In this document: piece by piece, positions 60,027-64,000 of the stretch
How positions within the stretch are numbered: the first letter of the stretch is position 1
Layout of the letters: each line of letters starts with the position of its first letter
Assembly (NCBI GenBank): GCA_963806535.1
Contig: CAWDYC010000004.1
Location: 448,001 to 512,000 of the forward strand
Direction: 5' to 3'
Length of the DNA: 64,000 nucleotides
Source of the DNA: Candidatus Bathyarchaeota archaeon
Lineage (GTDB): Archaea > Thermoproteota > Bathyarchaeia > Bathyarchaeales > Bathycorpusculaceae
Notes under the pieces: generated by a model
What the model was told of the DNA's origin: nothing
Database searches by the model: none
The model's input: the letters and a program-made list of their open reading frames with translations, nothing else
Program-made: the position numbers and the translations under genes

Positions 60027-60717
60027 TTGAGTGAAAAACACGATTGGCAACACCTCTACATGCTACTTAAACTTGCGGAGATGGGTGCTTATAGACGAAC
60101 CGCGAAAATCTCAACAGAATACTTAGCAGGGAAACTTGGAATTTCGCAGCAGACGGCTTCTCGTTACCTCATAGAGCTTGAGCGAAAAGGCTGGATACAG
60201 AGAAATATTACTCCAGAAGGCAGCTTAATCAAAATTGAAGAAGCTGGAACCAAAGAAACTTCAGAAACTTTACTCTAACCTAAAATTACTGATTGAGAAA
60301 TCTTATCCTCCATCGGTAACGCTTGAAGGAACCGTTTTCACCGGCTTAGGTGAAGGCGCTTACTACATTGCAAAAGAATCTTATCGGAAACAGTTCACTG
60401 AAAAGCTTGGGTTTGAACCTTATCCCGGCACATTAAATTTGAAATTATCAAGCGACTACGACATTAAAACAAGAATGGAAATAGAAGCTTACCCAGCAAT
60501 CGAGATTCCAGGCTTCAAAAATGAAGACCGAACCTTCGGCCTAGTAAAATGTTATCCAGCTACAATTGACAACAAAGTAAAAGGAGCCCTAATAACTGCA
60601 CTCCGTAGCCACTATGACGTTTCAGTGCTGGAAATTATTGCGCCTGTCTGCCTCAGAAAACAATTAAATCTTAAAGACGGCAACAAAGTGAAAGTGGAAA
60701 TTTACATTCAGCCCTAA
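60027..60717 (+). CDS. ribK: CTP-dependent riboflavin kinase with N-terminal HTH (RbkR type); frameshift near 60258
   Basis: LGISQQTASRYL; GLGEGAYY, PYPGTLN, LEIIAP..LR. Confidence 0.92.
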
Positions 60718-61329
60718 TTTTAGAAACGGCATAGCATTAGGTGAGTACTTAACAGAATATTCTTCATGTGGCTTACGTCTTGTAGCTAGCCAATAACCAA
60801 CAAGCAAACCAAAACCTAAACCGCCCAGATGAGCCAAAATGTTAACGCCTTCACCTGTATTGATAAAGAACAGAAAGAACGCATAAACTAACGCTCCAAG
60901 AATAGATTGCCGAACAGAACGCCTAGCATAAATCACGACATGCACCAAATAGCGAGAAGATTGCTCCGGAAGCCCCAACTGAAACAAAGAGTGGTCCGAA
61001 CGAAAGTGATAGAAGATTGCCGACTAAGCCACCGATAAGATAGATTCCTAAAAATTCTGGTAGCGAAAACATTTCTTCTCCTCTTAAACCGAATATTAAA
61101 AGGAATAGCATGTTGCCGACGAGGTGAACTATTGAGGCATGAATAAACATTGAAGTGAAAAGCTGATAGTATGCGCCTTGGAAAACGAAAAGGTTTACTT
61201 GCCCCCATTGATAGACGACGTTATTGCTCGTGGCTAAGTGCATTTCCGCCGACAATTGCTCCATAAATGTAGATGGCAACGTTTAATGCAATTAAGATGT
61301 AAGGTGGGCTTATACTTGGTACAGTTCAT
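60718..61329 (-). CDS. Rhomboid intramembrane serine protease (frameshifted; ends approximate)
   Basis: TSMFIH..HLVGNM, VGASGAIF, AHLGG. Confidence 0.88.
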
Positions 61330-61344
61330 GCGATTATGACCGGT

Positions 61345-61806
61345 TTATTTGGAGAGTTTATCGATTATTTTCTGTTTTATCTTCGAGGAACTATCTAAAG
61401 TATTCTCTCCAAACTTACCTATTCTAACAACCTTAGACATTTGATTGTGCTTGTCCAAGTAACTTCGTACCTGCTTATACATGTCTTCTTGATCATACCC
61501 CAGCGCAATTACGTCTGGCTTAATGTTTTCAATAACTTCACCAATGTCAAGACTCTCATAACCAAGAACTGTTCTGTCAACAACCTTCAAAGATTCAACC
61601 AGTGCACAACGTTGATCCTCAGACATTATAGGTTTTCTGCCTTTAGTTTTCTCAACAGTGCTATCTCTCGCAATAATAACCACGAGCTCCGCGTTTTCTC
61701 CGCCTGCCTTCTTTGCTTCCTCCAAAAACCTGACGTGCCCTAGATGAAGCAGGTCAAAAACGCCTGAAGCTAAGACAACGGTTTTCTTTCCTGATTTGTC
61801 GGCCAT
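61345..61806 (-). CDS. ribL: FAD synthase
   Basis: GVFDLLHLGH, IARD, PDVIALGYDQ, SSSKIK. Confidence 0.88.
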   Translation of the reverse strand: MADKSGKKTVVLASGVFDLLHLGHVRFLEEAKKAGGENAELVVIIARDSTVEKTKGRKPIMSEDQRCALVESLKVVDRTVLGYESLDIGEVIENIKPDVIALGYDQEDMYKQVRSYLDKHNQMSKVVRIGKFGENTLDSSSKIKQKIIDKLSK

Positions 61807-62057
61807 TCGAATTTCACAGCGCCCAATAATCTTAATGCATCCAAGAGCCCTTCACAGTAGGCTACAGAGGTTAAGCTTGTTTCAAGCTTGCCTTGAGCCT
61901 TATAATACTTTGCATCCTCCAAATAATCTGTTGCCCAACGCAAAATGTTGCCTACCGCTTCTTCTGTTAGGTTAATTGGGGTTTTTGTTCGCTCAAGGTC
62001 TTTTAGAACCTTTTCTGCTGAAGAAATGTACTTTGAAGCGAGTGTTTCTAAACTCAT
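61770..62057 (-). CDS. DUF357 family protein
   Basis: YLEDAKYY..AYCEGLLDALRLLG; typical dph5 neighbour. Confidence 0.85.
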   Translation of the reverse strand: MSLETLASKYISSAEKVLKDLERTKTPINLTEEAVGNILRWATDYLEDAKYYKAQGKLETSLTSVAYCEGLLDALRLLGAVKFEWPTNQERKPLS

Positions 62058-62851
62058 TTAGTGAGCCTCCTAAACTCCACGGGTGCACCAGCAAAAGCAA
62101 TTAAGGAATCAACTTCCATAAAATGCATCTCACCAGGAAAAATCAAGCTAAAAGGTGGCTCTCCAAAATCAAAGATGGCTAAATCTTTAAGAAAACCCGC
62201 TTTTAGAGTTGGTTTGTCGCTTCCTGCCCGGGCTATACCAACTGCAGGCGTGTCCGGGGTGATTATTCCTTGCTTCTTCTTCTTTTCCACCTCAAGTAGC
62301 ATTGCAATGGCTTGGTTGATGCCCAAGAACTGTTTTTCGTTAGCTTTCAAATCTAGAAGACAAAGTGTATGCAAACCAAAATTTTTGTTTTGAGCAATAA
62401 CGTTGTAGGGTGTTTCAGAAAAATTTTCTGGGAAAGGTATGGTGACTGTTTTTCCAAATTTGTAATTGTGCAGTCCCGACAAGCTAACTATAGCTGAAAT
62501 TATTGATGTACCATGAACAATTCGGGTTTTTATTCCCTGCTTCTCCGCTTCAACCCGCAAAGTAACATGGGTTGTGGCGATAAAAGGGTCGCCTGGAACA
62601 AGAAACACGGCTTTACCTTTTTTGGCTGCTTCAAGAATTGCTGATCCGTTTTCTTCTTCTAATTCACGTCTAGAAACCAACTTAACTTTTTTGCCGCATA
62701 AAGCCTCAAATCGTTGCATGCTGAAGTCTGGCATGAGACTGGTGTAGAGCTCCATGAAAACGCTGTCTGCGCTTTTTGTTTCTTCTAATCCTTTGATGCT
62801 GATGCCTTTTTCATCGTTTAATCCTAAGCCTACAAAGATAAGTTCATTCAA
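62054..62851 (-). CDS. dph5: Diphthine synthase
   Basis: FVGLGL, ELYTS, GDPFIATTH, YKFGKTVTI, HTLCLLD. Confidence 0.96.
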   Translation of the reverse strand: MNELIFVGLGLNDEKGISIKGLEETKSADSVFMELYTSLMPDFSMQRFEALCGKKVKLVSRRELEEENGSAILEAAKKGKAVFLVPGDPFIATTHVTLRVEAEKQGIKTRIVHGTSIISAIVSLSGLHNYKFGKTVTIPFPENFSETPYNVIAQNKNFGLHTLCLLDLKANEKQFLGINQAIAMLLEVEKKKKQGIITPDTPAVGIARAGSDKPTLKAGFLKDLAIFDFGEPPFSLIFPGEMHFMEVDSLIAFAGAPVEFRRLTK

Positions 62852-62893
62852 TTCTGAAGCCCTACAAGTAATTAGAAAGTTAAAACTTAAACG

Positions 62894-63079
62894 TTATTTC
62901 TCTTTAATTTCGCCTGCTTTAACCAGTTTGTCGTAGTAAACGCGGCAGTCATCTACTGAGATTCCTTGTCGGTGGCAGTATTTTACAAGAACTTCCTCCA
63001 CTGATTCACTTGGCTTTTTATCTTTTATCATGTCCTTCAGCTCTTGGGTTTTATGTTGCTTATCAATTTTTTCACTCAT
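62894..63079 (-). CDS. Small hypothetical protein
   Basis: 61 aa charged ORF with GAAGGA upstream. Confidence 0.6.
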   Translation of the reverse strand: MSEKIDKQHKTQELKDMIKDKKPSESVEEVLVKYCHRQGISVDDCRVYYDKLVKAGEIKEK

Positions 63080-63333
63080 AAAAATAATCCTTCAATTCTC
63101 AATTTTTCAATGAAATGTTCATTTGAATATTCTCAGGCTCTTTTATAAAAGTTGAACCCAAATCCAACTAAATTCACGAGCCTGTCGGTTCAAGAAACAA
63201 GGTGTTGCTTTCTCTTTTAAAAGCAAATTTCATTTCGCTCAAATTGGTAAAACACATTTTGGCAAATTTAGAGATTTGGAATTCACAAATCATAATAGTA
63301 TCCCGTACTCGATCATGATTAAGTGGTTGTCTA

Positions 63334-64000
63334 ATGGGTCAAGTTGCGTTATCCTTTGTGGTCCCAGCTTATAATGAAGAAGACTTCATCGAGGATACTC
63401 TTGGTACAATCGATGCAGTCATAAAAGGCAAGAACTTGACTTATGAAATTGTGGTTGTTGATGATGGTAGCCTTGACGGAACTTTGGCTAAAGTAGTTAA
63501 ATACGCAAAAAATAACGCGCATATAAAAGTGGTAAGTTACACCAAAAACATCGGAAAAGGGTACGCTGTAAAGACAGGGTTCATGCAAACTAGCGGAGAC
63601 CTAGTTGTTTTTACAGATAGTGACATGGAAATTGATTTAGGCATGGTCTCAAAATACCTCAAGGCTTTGGAAGACGGGGATATTGTTATCGCTTCTAAAC
63701 GACATTCAAGTTCACAAATCAAAGCACCCTTATCTCGTAAAATTCTAAGTCTAAGCTTCAACACCTTAGTTCGACTTCTAACTGGCGTTCCTCTTAATGA
63801 TACTCAGTCAGGACTTAAAGCGATGAAGAAGAGTGCTTTCGTTGATATTTTCCCTAGATTAACTGTCAAACGGTACGCTTTTGACGCTGAATTATTGACT
63901 GTAGCGCATCTTTATGGTTTGAAAGTTGTGGAGATGCCCGTGAAGATCAAGTTGGATGCTTCATTTAAGCCAAAAGAAATGTGGAACATGTTTATTGATT
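63334..64000 (+). CDS. GT2 glycosyltransferase (dolichyl-phosphate sugar transferase-like), 3' truncated
   Basis: Manual translation SFVVPAYNEE, VVDDGS, NIGKGYA, FTDSD, DTQSGLK, YAFDAE. Confidence 0.9.
   Translation, partial: MGQVALSFVVPAYNEEDFIEDTLGTIDAVIKGKNLTYEIVVVDDGSLDGTLAKVVKYAKNNAHIKVVSYTKNIGKGYAVKTGFMQTSGDLVVFTDSDMEIDLGMVSKYLKALEDGDIVIASKRHSSSQIKAPLSRKILSLSFNTLVRLLTGVPLNDTQSGLKAMKKSAFVDIFPRLTVKRYAFDAELLTVAHLYGLKVVEMPVKIKLDASFKPKEMWNMFID

Overview
Archaeal chromosomal window, most likely TACK/Bathyarchaeia. This is inferred from dph5, HTH-ribK, ribL, mre11-rad50, archaeal-type asnA and PEF-CTERM surface proteins. Layout: (1) 1-11.3 kb accessory region with a TIR-like protein, nucleotidyltransferase remnants, an AAA ATPase, a membrane-tethered wHTH protein, a Kelch surface protein and zinc-finger microproteins. 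(2) 11.4-32 kb divergent tetrapyrrole/anaerobic corrinoid cluster (hemABCDL, cobA, sirC, cbiX-cbiC fusion, cbiDETLFGH, an inverted-domain amidotransferase), two VapBC modules, cbiM(N)QO and a divergent regulator. (3) mre11-rad50, a site-2 protease and rpsJ. (4) 38.2-44.6 kb surface-protein locus. (5) Housekeeping genes. Many genes carry single-base frameshifts that look like long-read errors. Best candidate for an undescribed system: a 70-bp promoter cassette (69/70 identical, two GTCAAG-N4-CTTGAC-type palindromes abutting BRE/TATA). It is present in inverted copies 29 kb apart, in front of two modular surface proteins with unrelated heads but a shared C-terminal Ig stalk and anchor, and one of them sits next to a membrane-anchored wHTH regulator. 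No tRNA, rRNA, CRISPR array or transposase was recognised.
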